Assembly (NCBI GenBank): GCA_965219415.1
Contig: CBDCNP010000002.1
Location: forward strand, 1,792,001-1,856,000
Source: Candidatus Marinacidobacterales bacterium
GTDB taxonomy: Bacteria > Acidobacteriota > Vicinamibacteria > Marinacidobacterales > DATDRI01
Length of the DNA stretch: 64,000 nucleotides
Reading direction: 5' to 3'
This document shows positions 1 through 8,882 of the stretch, in pieces; positions within the stretch are counted from its first letter, which is position 1, and the number at the start of each line of letters is the position of its first letter. The notes under the pieces were generated by a model. The model did no database searches. It was given only the letters and a program-made list of their open reading frames with translations, and was not told the DNA's origin. The position numbers and the translations under genes were made by a program.

Positions 1-1091
1 TTCCAACGGGTGAAAAAGGCGCGAGCGCCGCGTTCGGTGCGGTAATCCCAGAGTTGCCCGAAGGCCTCCTTCAAAATATAGGCGGTGTTCAGGCGCCGGT
101 TGGCCTGGAGCAACTTTTTGAGTGCGCGGCGACCGTCTAGGCTCAGGTTCTCCCGCCGGGAAAGCAAAGTGTAACGCTGCCCCTTGATGTACGACCGGTC
201 CTTGCCGCTGAGGCGTTTGTACTCACCGCGCCGGACCTCATCGAGGGCCTTTGACAGATGACGCATGATATGAAACTTGTCGAAGATGATCCGCGCATTA
301 GGCGCGTTGTGAATCACCGAGTTCCGGAAGGGCTTCCACATATCCATGGCGGCCAGCTTGATACGGGCGCTTTTCTTTCCGCCCAGCGCCTTGAAGAACA
401 AATCGATGTCGGTTTCTTTGCGACCCTCACCGCCCACCCAGATGGGACGCGCCCGCTCCAGGTCGCTGACAATGACGCGATAGTTATGTCCCTTGCGGAT
501 GGAGATCTCATCGACACCGATGGCCCGAGGCGCCGGTAGCCCCGCCCGGTCGACCTGCTCTTGCATGTAGAGCGTATCCAGAGCCTTCACCGTACCGTGG
601 TGCAGACGTTCCATCTCGGCCACCGCCTTGTTCGGCATATCCCGGCACAGCTTGCCCACATGCGTCGCAAAACGCTGGGTGTAGCGCGAGTTGTTCGCCA
701 GCCAGTCTAGGTTGTTCTACATGCACACCGCCGCACCCAGAACAGTTGACGCGCCGACGCTCGTATTCCAGATAGATCCGCCAGCCTGCCAACGACAGGT
801 CGCGGACCCGGCACACTTGCTTGTCATAGCGCCCCCGGCACCGTTGCCCACAGTAAGAGCACACAGCTGTTTTTTTCGCCTCTTGAGCTGGATGACGCGG
901 GCGTATCGGTCACCGAATAGACCCTTCAATCCGGCACCAACCACGAAACCTGGCAGCGCAAACAGCGAGCGGATCGACTGGGAATTTTTCACTCGGTTAG
1001 CCTATCCTAAAAATGGACCACTTTTCAGCACCTGATGAAGTACTCGATACCTTTTCCACACAATGAGTTACACTGTTTTTCCGTCAGAACT
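1..1091 (-). mobile_element. ISL3-family IS, partial (runs off window start); transposase split across frames
   Basis: Frames 717..992, 508..864 and <1..~700 join to give CxxC...RVRDL...RRVNCxxC (zf-ISL3), AIGVDEISIRKGHNY, AMDMWKPF and DKFHIMRHL. End sequence AGTTCTGACGG at ~1091 resembles ISL3 GGYTCT termini. Confidence 0.9.
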
Positions 1092-1120
1092 TACCCACAC
1101 GAATCCGCGTAAACCCGCTT

Positions 1121-1960
1121 TTGTTGCTTCCCTTTGTACTGTCGAGTGTCGTCGCCGCCCAGGAGCCACCGGAGCCTTCCTCTGAGACTCAGGAGGCTTC
1201 TTCCGTCCAGATGGCGCAGGTGACCCCACATAACTGTCCGATCAAAAACTGGGTGGGCCGCGAGGCGGAGCTCGAAGAGCTCCTCAGAACGGCCGAGGTG
1301 GTTTCCGTCGAAGATATCGGCGTGGGTGTCACCAAGCCAAGTTCCGCCATACTCAAGAAAGGCGACACGGAGTTCAAGGCAGCCTTTAAACCCATCAAGC
1401 GAGGCCGAGCCGGCGGTTTCTGGAAGAGTTACGAGGCCGAGGTGGCCGCGTACGAGCTAGACAATATGTTGGGGCTCAACATGGTCCCACCGACCGTCAT
1501 CCGAAAGATCAACAAGAAGAACGGCTCCCTTCAACTCTGGGTCGAAGACTGCAAGCTCTATGGAGACGTGATGAATGTCGTTCCCGCAACGCCGGACTGG
1601 AGCCACCAGCTCTCTCGGATGAAGATTTTCGACAACCTGATACTGAACGAGGACCGCAATGCCCGCAACTTCCTGGTCGACCCGGGGTTCGACATCATTC
1701 TCGTCGATCATTCCCGCGCCTTTCTGAGCAAGAAGAAAATCGGCAAGGATAACAAACTGCCCACCCAATATGATCGACAGCTGATGGAGAGGGCGCAGGC
1801 CCTGGACAAGGAACAGCTGGAAGCTCGGCTCAAAGACATTTTGATGGGCGGGCAGATCAAGGCCATCATCGGGCGACGAGACAAATTGGTCGAGCACATG
1901 GAGAAAATGATCGCCGAGCGGGGCGAGCACAACGTCATGTTCGGGGGGGATACCCCCTAG
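1121..1960 (+). CDS. Exported atypical kinase-fold protein (PI3/4-kinase / FAM20-like motifs)
   Basis: Hydrophobic N-terminus ending VVAA-QE; motifs AAFKP, EVAAYELD, VPPT, GSLQLW, FDNLILNEDRNARN and LVDHSRAF. Confidence 0.7.
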   Translation: MLLPFVLSSVVAAQEPPEPSSETQEASSVQMAQVTPHNCPIKNWVGREAELEELLRTAEVVSVEDIGVGVTKPSSAILKKGDTEFKAAFKPIKRGRAGGFWKSYEAEVAAYELDNMLGLNMVPPTVIRKINKKNGSLQLWVEDCKLYGDVMNVVPATPDWSHQLSRMKIFDNLILNEDRNARNFLVDPGFDIILVDHSRAFLSKKKIGKDNKLPTQYDRQLMERAQALDKEQLEARLKDILMGGQIKAIIGRRDKLVEHMEKMIAERGEHNVMFGGDTP

Positions 1961-1967
1961 CCGGATG

Positions 1968-3524
1968 CTATCGAGTCTTCTCGGACAGTGATTTCGCCTG
2001 CGTGAAGAGCAATAGGTAATCTCGGCCGCCGGCCTTGGAATCGGTGCCCGACATGTTGAATCCTCCAAAGGGATGAGCACCAACCATGGCCCCTGTGCAT
2101 TTCCGATTGAAATAGAGGTTACCTACGTGGAACTGCTTCTTGGCTAGGTCGATCTTGTCTCGGCTCCCGGTATAAACCGAACCGGTGAGCCCGTACTCGG
2201 TGTCGTTGACCAGCTTGAGGGCCGCGTCGAAGTCCTTGGCCTTGTGAGCAGCGAGCACCGGCCCGAAAATCTCCTCCTGAGCGATGGTCCCTTTGGGATC
2301 CACGTCGGCGATGATCGTTGGGCGAATGAAGTATCCTTCGGCGTCCGGTATCCCACCGCCGCCGGTCAGCAGGCGTCCGCCTTCCGAGATGCCTTTTTCA
2401 ATGTACTGCAGCATGGACTTCATGGCCGATTGGTTGATGACCGGTCCGACCGTATAACGGGGGTCGTCGGTGGGACCGATCTGGAGTTTTTCCGTTCGTT
2501 CTGTCAGTTTCTCGAGGAACGTATCGTAGAGTTTTTCGTCGATAACAACGCGAGAACAGGCGGAGCACTTCTGCCCCTGATAGCCGAAGGCAGAGGACGC
2601 CACGCCCGCAACAGCCGCGTCGACGTCGGCATCCCGATCCACAATGATGGCATCCTTGCCACCCATCTCGACAATGACGCGCCGGATCCAGATCTGACCG
2701 GGGGCGACCCGGGCCGCCTTCTCGTTGATCCCGAGCCCGACCTCCTTGGAGCCGGTGAAGGCAATCATTCGGGTCTTTGGATGAGTGACCAGGGTATCGC
2801 CCACTGCGGCCCCGGACCCGGTGACGAAGTTCAAGACTCCCTCAGGCAAACCCACCTCTTCCATAATTTCAAAGAATTTACGACCGATGGCTGGCGAGTC
2901 CGAAGACGGCTTCAAGACGACAGTGTTCCCGGCTACGATAGCGGCGCTGGTCATTCCCGCAAGGATGGCTAGCGGAAAGTTCCATGGCGGAATGACAACC
3001 ACAACACCGAGTGGAATGTAGTAAAGCTCGCTGACCTCGGACGGGATCTCCACCAAAGGCTGCGGTTGAGCAAGGCGTAGATTCTCCCGCGCGTAAAATT
3101 CGAGGAAGTCGATGGCCTCCGCGGTGTCGGCATCGGCTTCGACCCAACTCTTTCCAACTTCCATCACCATCCATGCCGACAGCTCATGTCTACGTTGCCG
3201 CATCGCGTTGGCAGCATCGAACAGATACCGGGAACGCTCGGTCGCCCGTGTGTACTGCCAAGTCAGAAACTTCTCGTGAGCAACATCGACTGCGTTCGAT
3301 GCGATCTCTAGAGAGGCACGCTGAAAGATCCCGACCACCTCGTTAGGACGGGCCGGGTTGGTGGAACGCAGTTTTTCATCGGTCAACAGCCGCTTTCCAC
3401 CGACAACGAGGTCGTACTCGGCACCCATTCCGTGCTTGACGTAGGCCAAGGCTTCGAGCATGACCTTGTGGTTCTCATCACGACCAAAATCGGTCAAAGG
3501 CTCGTTAACGAAAGGTTGGATCAT
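1968..3524 (-). CDS. pruA: 1-pyrroline-5-carboxylate (L-glutamate gamma-semialdehyde) dehydrogenase
   Basis: PFVNEP start, EADADTAEAIDFLEFY, PWNFP, FTGS, EMGGK, FGYQGQKCSACSR, EEIFGP and GTDSKAGG. Confidence 0.95.
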   Translation of the reverse strand: MIQPFVNEPLTDFGRDENHKVMLEALAYVKHGMGAEYDLVVGGKRLLTDEKLRSTNPARPNEVVGIFQRASLEIASNAVDVAHEKFLTWQYTRATERSRYLFDAANAMRQRRHELSAWMVMEVGKSWVEADADTAEAIDFLEFYARENLRLAQPQPLVEIPSEVSELYYIPLGVVVVIPPWNFPLAILAGMTSAAIVAGNTVVLKPSSDSPAIGRKFFEIMEEVGLPEGVLNFVTGSGAAVGDTLVTHPKTRMIAFTGSKEVGLGINEKAARVAPGQIWIRRVIVEMGGKDAIIVDRDADVDAAVAGVASSAFGYQGQKCSACSRVVIDEKLYDTFLEKLTERTEKLQIGPTDDPRYTVGPVINQSAMKSMLQYIEKGISEGGRLLTGGGGIPDAEGYFIRPTIIADVDPKGTIAQEEIFGPVLAAHKAKDFDAALKLVNDTEYGLTGSVYTGSRDKIDLAKKQFHVGNLYFNRKCTGAMVGAHPFGGFNMSGTDSKAGGRDYLLLFTQAKSLSEKTR

Positions 3525-3604
3525 CAGAGCTTACCTTATCCTTTTAGCAGGTTACGTCGGAGCAAGAAACTATCACAGGTTTCAGATCGGTTCTAGGACG
3601 TCGA

Positions 3605-3727
3605 GTCTCCCTGGGGGGCGTAACCAGAGGGCGGCGGCTGAAGGTGCTAACGCCGCGACCTCACCGAGAAGCCCGGCCTACCCGAGCCTGCCGATGGGGC
3701 GTTGAGAGGTGCCGACACCGAGAGAAC
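3605..3727 (-). ncRNA. Putative structured non-coding RNA (unassigned)
   Basis: Hand-folding of the minus strand gives a long rod with G-U pairs and a central bubble; intergenic between hup and pruA. Confidence 0.3.
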
Positions 3728-3733
3728 GGCTGG

Positions 3734-3767
3734 CCGGAGGGCTCTACCGTTGGGAAGAGTCCTCCGG
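3734..3767 (-). terminator. GC-rich hairpin after hup (no clear U-tract)
   Basis: CCGGAGG(g)CTCT...AGAG(t)CCTCCGG inverted repeat ~35 nt after the hup stop. Confidence 0.45.
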
Positions 3768-3802
3768 GCGGTTCAGCACTCGAAAAAGAAACGTTCCCGG
3801 GA

Positions 3803-4102
3803 CTACTTCTTCGGTGGAACGACCGCGTCCTTGCACGCCTTGGCCACGCGGAACTTCACCACCGTCTTCGCCGCGATCTGAATCTCTTCGCCGGTCTGAG
3901 GGTTCCGCCCCTTCCTGGCCTTACGGTGAGCCTTGACCAACTTGCCGATCCCAGGGATGACGAACTGCCCGGACCGCTTGGTCTCCCTGACCGCCAGATC
4001 CGCTAGGTCCTCAAGAAACCCGGCCGCCTCCTTCTTGCTGAGGTTGGCCTTTTCCGACATGTAGCTGACGGTCTGAGTCTTGGTCATTGCCTTGTTCGCC
4101 AT
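3803..4102 (-). CDS. hup: DNA-binding protein HU
   Basis: MANKAMTKTQ...PGIGKL...RKARKGRNPQTGEEIQIAAKTVVKFRVAK; AAGGAG RBS before ATG 4102. Confidence 0.95.
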   Translation of the reverse strand: MANKAMTKTQTVSYMSEKANLSKKEAAGFLEDLADLAVRETKRSGQFVIPGIGKLVKAHRKARKGRNPQTGEEIQIAAKTVVKFRVAKACKDAVVPPKK

Positions 4103-4435
4103 TCCACTATCTCCTTCGAAAAGACCTACACTACAACCAACACACTCCAGGGCGCCGCAGCCGACTCTACCCTGCTCGTCCTCTGCACCCAAATTGTATC
4201 GGTGGACCGAGTCTAATCCGCATATTTTAATGGCGAGCGGACGATCCTGCAAGAGAAGAAATGAAAAAAAGCCGCTCCAGACGCCCCCGCGAGCCACCTC
4301 CCTGCCTCGGTCCGAACCCGCGGTCGGACCTCACCGCCGGCCGACCCGCTTCGAGAAGCCCGTAAACTCCCACCTGTGCGGAGGATGGAAACGTCGTCCT
4401 CCTTGCGTTGGGAGGGGCACGGTTATAATGCGTCT

Positions 4436-5269
4436 GTGATCTCTGTGACCGATGCAAGGGGCCGAGCCATAAGCCTGTCCCGTCCTCCCCAGCGGATCAT
4501 CACCCTAGTGCCCTCGACGACCGAGTCGGTCCACGCGCTCGGTGCCGGTGAGCGCTTGGTCGGGGTGACCCGCTATTGCGTCCTCCCACCAGAGGCTCGA
4601 GAGAACGCCTCCGTGGTCGGCGGCACGAAGGGCCCTCGTATCGACGCCATCCGCGATCTGAAACCGGACCTGATCCTGGGAAACAAGGAAGAAAACCGAG
4701 AACAGGATGTAAGAACGCTGGAACCGGTGGCGCCTGTGTACGTAGCCTTCCCGGGAGATCTCACTACCGCACTCGAGGAACTACGAAAACTCGGCACGCT
4801 CCTCCAGTGCGACGACCACGCACGTAATCTGGTCGACAACCTCGATCGCGCCCGAACGAGCCTAGCCCAAGAGTCTCGCGGCCGAGCGCCATTTCGCTTC
4901 CTGTATCTCATTTGGCAAAAGCCCTACATGGCCGCCGGCACCGCGACGTTCATCGACGCGTTTATTCGGGAGGCCGGAGGTATAAACGTCATCAAGCCAG
5001 AGGCGGGGCGCTACCCACAGCTCACGGCGCCCGAGATCGAGAAACTACATCCCGACGTCGTGCTCTTCAGCTCGGAACCCTTCCCCTTCGAAGCCAAACA
5101 CATGACGGAGTTATTGAGTGCGACGAGCGATCCATTGCGGCTGAAGGGAAGAACTCTCCTCGTCGACGGGCGGCTCCTGTCATGGCACGGTGCGCGGCTG
5201 CGCGACGGTATTCCCTACCTCTCAGATCTGGCTCGCAAGATCGTGACGTTGGGCGGCAATTCAGGATGA
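4436..5269 (+). CDS. Helical-backbone metal/cobalamin-binding protein (BtuF/YvrC-like)
   Basis: PQRIITLVPSTTE, VGVTRYC, VGGTK, KPDLILGNKEEN, SSEPFPF and VDG..SWHG; TATAAT at 4424-4429 just before GTG 4436. Confidence 0.85.
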   Translation: MISVTDARGRAISLSRPPQRIITLVPSTTESVHALGAGERLVGVTRYCVLPPEARENASVVGGTKGPRIDAIRDLKPDLILGNKEENREQDVRTLEPVAPVYVAFPGDLTTALEELRKLGTLLQCDDHARNLVDNLDRARTSLAQESRGRAPFRFLYLIWQKPYMAAGTATFIDAFIREAGGINVIKPEAGRYPQLTAPEIEKLHPDVVLFSSEPFPFEAKHMTELLSATSDPLRLKGRTLLVDGRLLSWHGARLRDGIPYLSDLARKIVTLGGNSG

Positions 5270-5334
5270 AGCTACAAAGCTTGATCGGTTCGCCGTTTAA
5301 GTCTAGTGTTCGTACCACGAGGTATGACCAAGGT

Positions 5335-5727
5335 ATGAAGGGAAAACTGAAACCGGGACTTGAACAAGAGCTCGAACGGGTGGTGACACGAGAGATCAGT
5401 GTGACCGGCCTCAATGACGTCCCACCCGTTCTAGCCACCGCGGAGATGATCCGCTTGATGGAGATGGCCGCCCATCACCTACTCCAGCCATTCTACGAAG
5501 AAGGGGAGTCATCCGTCGGCACAAAGGTCGACGTAAGCCACACCGCCGCCACGCCGCTCGGGATGAGAGTCTGGGCCCGGGCGCGTCTAACCGAAGTCGA
5601 TGGGAAACGCTGCGTCTTCGATGTCACCGCGTTCGACGAGAAAGAAGAAGTCGGTCGCGGAAGTCACGAGCGATTCGTTATCGAGGTGGCGCGATTTCGC
5701 AGCCGGATGGAAAAAAAGATTCAGTGA
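5335..5727 (+). CDS. Hotdog-fold thioesterase (FlK-like)
   Basis: VLATAEMIRLME, SVGT.VDVSH.AATPLG and G.G.HERF. Confidence 0.9.
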   Translation: MKGKLKPGLEQELERVVTREISVTGLNDVPPVLATAEMIRLMEMAAHHLLQPFYEEGESSVGTKVDVSHTAATPLGMRVWARARLTEVDGKRCVFDVTAFDEKEEVGRGSHERFVIEVARFRSRMEKKIQ

Positions 5728-8700
5728 GCTCCTCGGATCGCGAGGAGCTTCCACATTTCTACCATCTTCCCGCCTACTATCACGCTCTCCACCCGCCGAA
5801 GATTACGTATCTCTTCCACCGGATCGGCCTCCAGAATGACCAGATCCGCCAGCTTGCCGCGACGGATCGAACCCACGTCGTCCGATGCACCGAGGGCACG
5901 AGCCGCTTCGAACGTGCCGGCCCGAATTGCCCGCAGCGGCCCCAAGCCGGCCTCGGACATTTGCTCGATCTCGAGGATCAGGCCATAGCCGTACGGAACG
6001 ATGGGGGCATCGGTGCCGGCGACGAGTCGACCGCCGGCCTTATCGATGGCGTTCACCGTAGCGAAGATCGGCTCCATGACTTTCTCACGTTCGCTTACGC
6101 TACCTACCGCACCAGGCGCGGCGGCGAGTACCCACGAGGGAAGGAGATCGGCCAGACGAGGATCGTCGAGCAGCTTAGGCTCGCGGGCCAGCGCCAATCG
6201 GAAGCCCCCTTGGAGGAGGATGGTCGGCGTTAGGAAGACGCCGGACCGTGAAACGAGCTCGACAACGTCCCGGTAGCTCCTTCTTAGATCGGTTATTTTG
6301 GGAGAAAAGCCACGACGGCTGGTGCCTTGCACGTGCTCGATGCCGTCTACGCCATAGGCAACAGCCGGATAGATCTCGTGAGAGCTGACGAACACTCCCT
6401 TACGGTGGGCTTCCTCGACCACTCTCTTCTGCAGCGTGTCCGAGAGACGGACGTAGGTCTTGATGAGATCGTAGTCGAGAGCGAAGGCCCGCACGAGCTC
6501 GCGAAGAAGCTCACCCTCGTTCTCGAGCGCCACGTACTCTGGGTAGAAGATACGCTCTCCGTCCATGGCAAAACCGGTGCCGAAAATACGAGGACCGAGA
6601 CGCCGCCCGGACTCGATGCTCTCGCGCTCCTCCATGGTCCGATAGATGGCGCCGCCGGTAGTCCTGATCGAGGTAACTCCGAACGACAACCAGAGTCGCC
6701 CTTGCCGGCTACCATAATCGGGCAGGCTTGGGTGAGTGTGCATGTCGATGAGGCCGGGAATAACCGTCTTGCCGGTCGCATCGATCACGCGAACGTCCTC
6801 GACCGTGGCGATCCCGGCGGGTTGAACCGATTCGATCCGGTCACCGTCGATCAAGATGTCCATGTCTTCGCGAGGCGGAGCCCCGGTACCGTCGATGAGA
6901 CGAGCGTTTCGGATCACCATCCTCCCGCGGGCCAAGGGAACGCGGTAGCTCAACTCGGGCGTGATCTCAGTAGCCTCGCGGCTTTCGATATCGACTCGCA
7001 TTAGCTTTTCGGACGCGAGGAGAATGAGGCTTTGCGAGTCGGGCGACCAAGCCGGGAAATGGATCGGCTCATCGAAGACGGTGACCGGCGGACCAGTTGC
7101 CTCCCCTTCCGGGGTTACAGGAAGGATCGCAAGCCCACCATCCATGGCGAACGCGAGCCTCTGCCCGTCCGGACTCCAGACCGGGCCGTCTCCCTCGCGC
7201 GAGCCGAAGCTCCTTCCGGAGAAGTCATCCGATAGCTCAACCACTCGCTCCGCTCCGGAGTCCAGAGAGATCACAATGACGCGGTTGACCCCCTCTCGAA
7301 ACCGTGTGGAGTAGGGTTCCAGTGTCGCGAGGGCAAGATGTTCGCTATCGCTCGACCAGCTCGGCGCACCTGCCCAACGACGGCTTCTCCGAATGAGCCG
7401 CGCCGCGCCACCGTTGGAAGGAATGACGTACAGATCGTCCCGCTCGTCGGCGTAAGCGATCCAACGGCCATCGGGAGACCACACCGGGACAACCTCCGCC
7501 CCGGAAAGCTCGGTCAGCCTCACCGCGTTGCTGCCCGGCGAGGAGTCGGCTTTTCTCTTCCAGAGATCCATCGAGCCTGCCCGATCGGAGGAAAAAACGA
7601 TCTCCTTACCATCGGGAGACCAACTCGGATCCGAGTCCAGGAACTCGTCGCGGGTAAAGGGAACCGAGCCCTTGCCCTCTGCGGAGGCGATCCAAATATC
7701 TCCGAGCGCGGTGAAGGCTAGCTTCTCGCCATCGGGAGAAAGCACCGGCCCCACGATGCCGCGGACCGGCAGCCGTTGCCCCGCTGTTGGAATTCCGGCG
7801 GCGCGGCGAGAGTAGGCGGGGCGGTCCAGAAACACTGTGGCGGAAAAGGGGATCCGTTGTGTCTCTGCTCCCGAGCCAGGCAAGCGGCGAATCTCGCCAT
7901 CCGAGGTGTAGATGATGTCCCCGTTCGGCTCCCACACCGGTCGAAAAGGAAACACGTCTTCCCCGTTGGTCTTCGTGACCGGCTCCCCACCCTTCGCCGG
8001 AATCGTGACGAGATCGCTTTCAATGCCCTCCGAGAATCGCCAGCTCGAAAGTGCATACGTCCTTTCGCCGAGGAGACGAAGCGCGATCGTCCGACCATCC
8101 GGACTCCAGGCCGGGCTTGCGGCCTTACCTTCGAATGATGCGAGCCGATTGGTTTCTCCGCGTCTGATATCGATGCTCCACAGTTCAGTGGCGCGGCCCT
8201 CACCACGCTCGGAGATAAAGGCAATCGCGTTTCCATCCGGCGACCAATCGGGCATGTAGTCGTTTGCGGGATCGTCGGTGAGTTGCGTGACATCCCCACC
8301 CGCCACATCGAGCATCCAAAGGTCGTAGTTCCCGGAACGGTCCGAAGAAAAGGCGATGCGCGTCCCGTCCGGAGACCAGACCGGCTCCCGGTCGTCGAAG
8401 CGACCTGCGGTCAAGGCGGTGAGTCCACTGCCGTCCTTACCCATCGCCCAGATATCCCAGCTGCCGGCACGATAGGACTGGAACGTGAGACGCGCACCGT
8501 CCGGGGAGTAGTCGGGCAATCGATCGTCGCCCAATCCGTCGGTGAGCCGCTGCGCCTCGCCGCCCTCGATAGGAAGCGACCAGAGTGTGCCGTGCAGATC
8601 CATGACCAAGTGGGAGCCGTCGGGAGCAAGGGCTACCGAAAAGTTGGTGCCCTGGTCGAGACTTACCTCGAGGAGTGGGGACGTGCCCTGCATCCCCCTG

Positions 8701-8762
8701 ACCCCGGTGCCCAAGATGACCACCAGGAGCATCCCGAGGCTCACTACCAACCGTAGACTCAT
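5721..8762 (-). CDS. Amidohydrolase with N-terminal TolB-like (PD40, WSPDG) beta-propeller repeats
   Basis: Many P.WSPDG repeats; PGLIDMHTH, GTDAP and GKLADLVIL; signal peptide. Confidence 0.9.
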   Translation of the reverse strand: MSLRLVVSLGMLLVVILGTGVRGMQGTSPLLEVSLDQGTNFSVALAPDGSHLVMDLHGTLWSLPIEGGEAQRLTDGLGDDRLPDYSPDGARLTFQSYRAGSWDIWAMGKDGSGLTALTAGRFDDREPVWSPDGTRIAFSSDRSGNYDLWMLDVAGGDVTQLTDDPANDYMPDWSPDGNAIAFISERGEGRATELWSIDIRRGETNRLASFEGKAASPAWSPDGRTIALRLLGERTYALSSWRFSEGIESDLVTIPAKGGEPVTKTNGEDVFPFRPVWEPNGDIIYTSDGEIRRLPGSGAETQRIPFSATVFLDRPAYSRRAAGIPTAGQRLPVRGIVGPVLSPDGEKLAFTALGDIWIASAEGKGSVPFTRDEFLDSDPSWSPDGKEIVFSSDRAGSMDLWKRKADSSPGSNAVRLTELSGAEVVPVWSPDGRWIAYADERDDLYVIPSNGGAARLIRRSRRWAGAPSWSSDSEHLALATLEPYSTRFREGVNRVIVISLDSGAERVVELSDDFSGRSFGSREGDGPVWSPDGQRLAFAMDGGLAILPVTPEGEATGPPVTVFDEPIHFPAWSPDSQSLILLASEKLMRVDIESREATEITPELSYRVPLARGRMVIRNARLIDGTGAPPREDMDILIDGDRIESVQPAGIATVEDVRVIDATGKTVIPGLIDMHTHPSLPDYGSRQGRLWLSFGVTSIRTTGGAIYRTMEERESIESGRRLGPRIFGTGFAMDGERIFYPEYVALENEGELLRELVRAFALDYDLIKTYVRLSDTLQKRVVEEAHRKGVFVSSHEIYPAVAYGVDGIEHVQGTSRRGFSPKITDLRRSYRDVVELVSRSGVFLTPTILLQGGFRLALAREPKLLDDPRLADLLPSWVLAAAPGAVGSVSEREKVMEPIFATVNAIDKAGGRLVAGTDAPIVPYGYGLILEIEQMSEAGLGPLRAIRAGTFEAARALGASDDVGSIRRGKLADLVILEADPVEEIRNLRRVESVIVGGKMVEMWKLLAIRGAH

Positions 8763-8882
8763 TCCAGCTGTCTCCCCTCCGTTTGACTGAACGCCCACGC
8801 TACATCAGCCCCGGACACGCTACAACCCGGTCGTGTTAGGCCTTGGGTTCTCGTTGGATTGGAGTTCTAGGACTCGAGCGGA

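Noticed and set aside
4103-4435. Cobalamin riboswitch upstream of the BtuF-like gene
   Set aside because: No recognisable B12-box (GGGAA...GCCCCCGC...GCCACTG); the spacer appears to hold divergent promoters.
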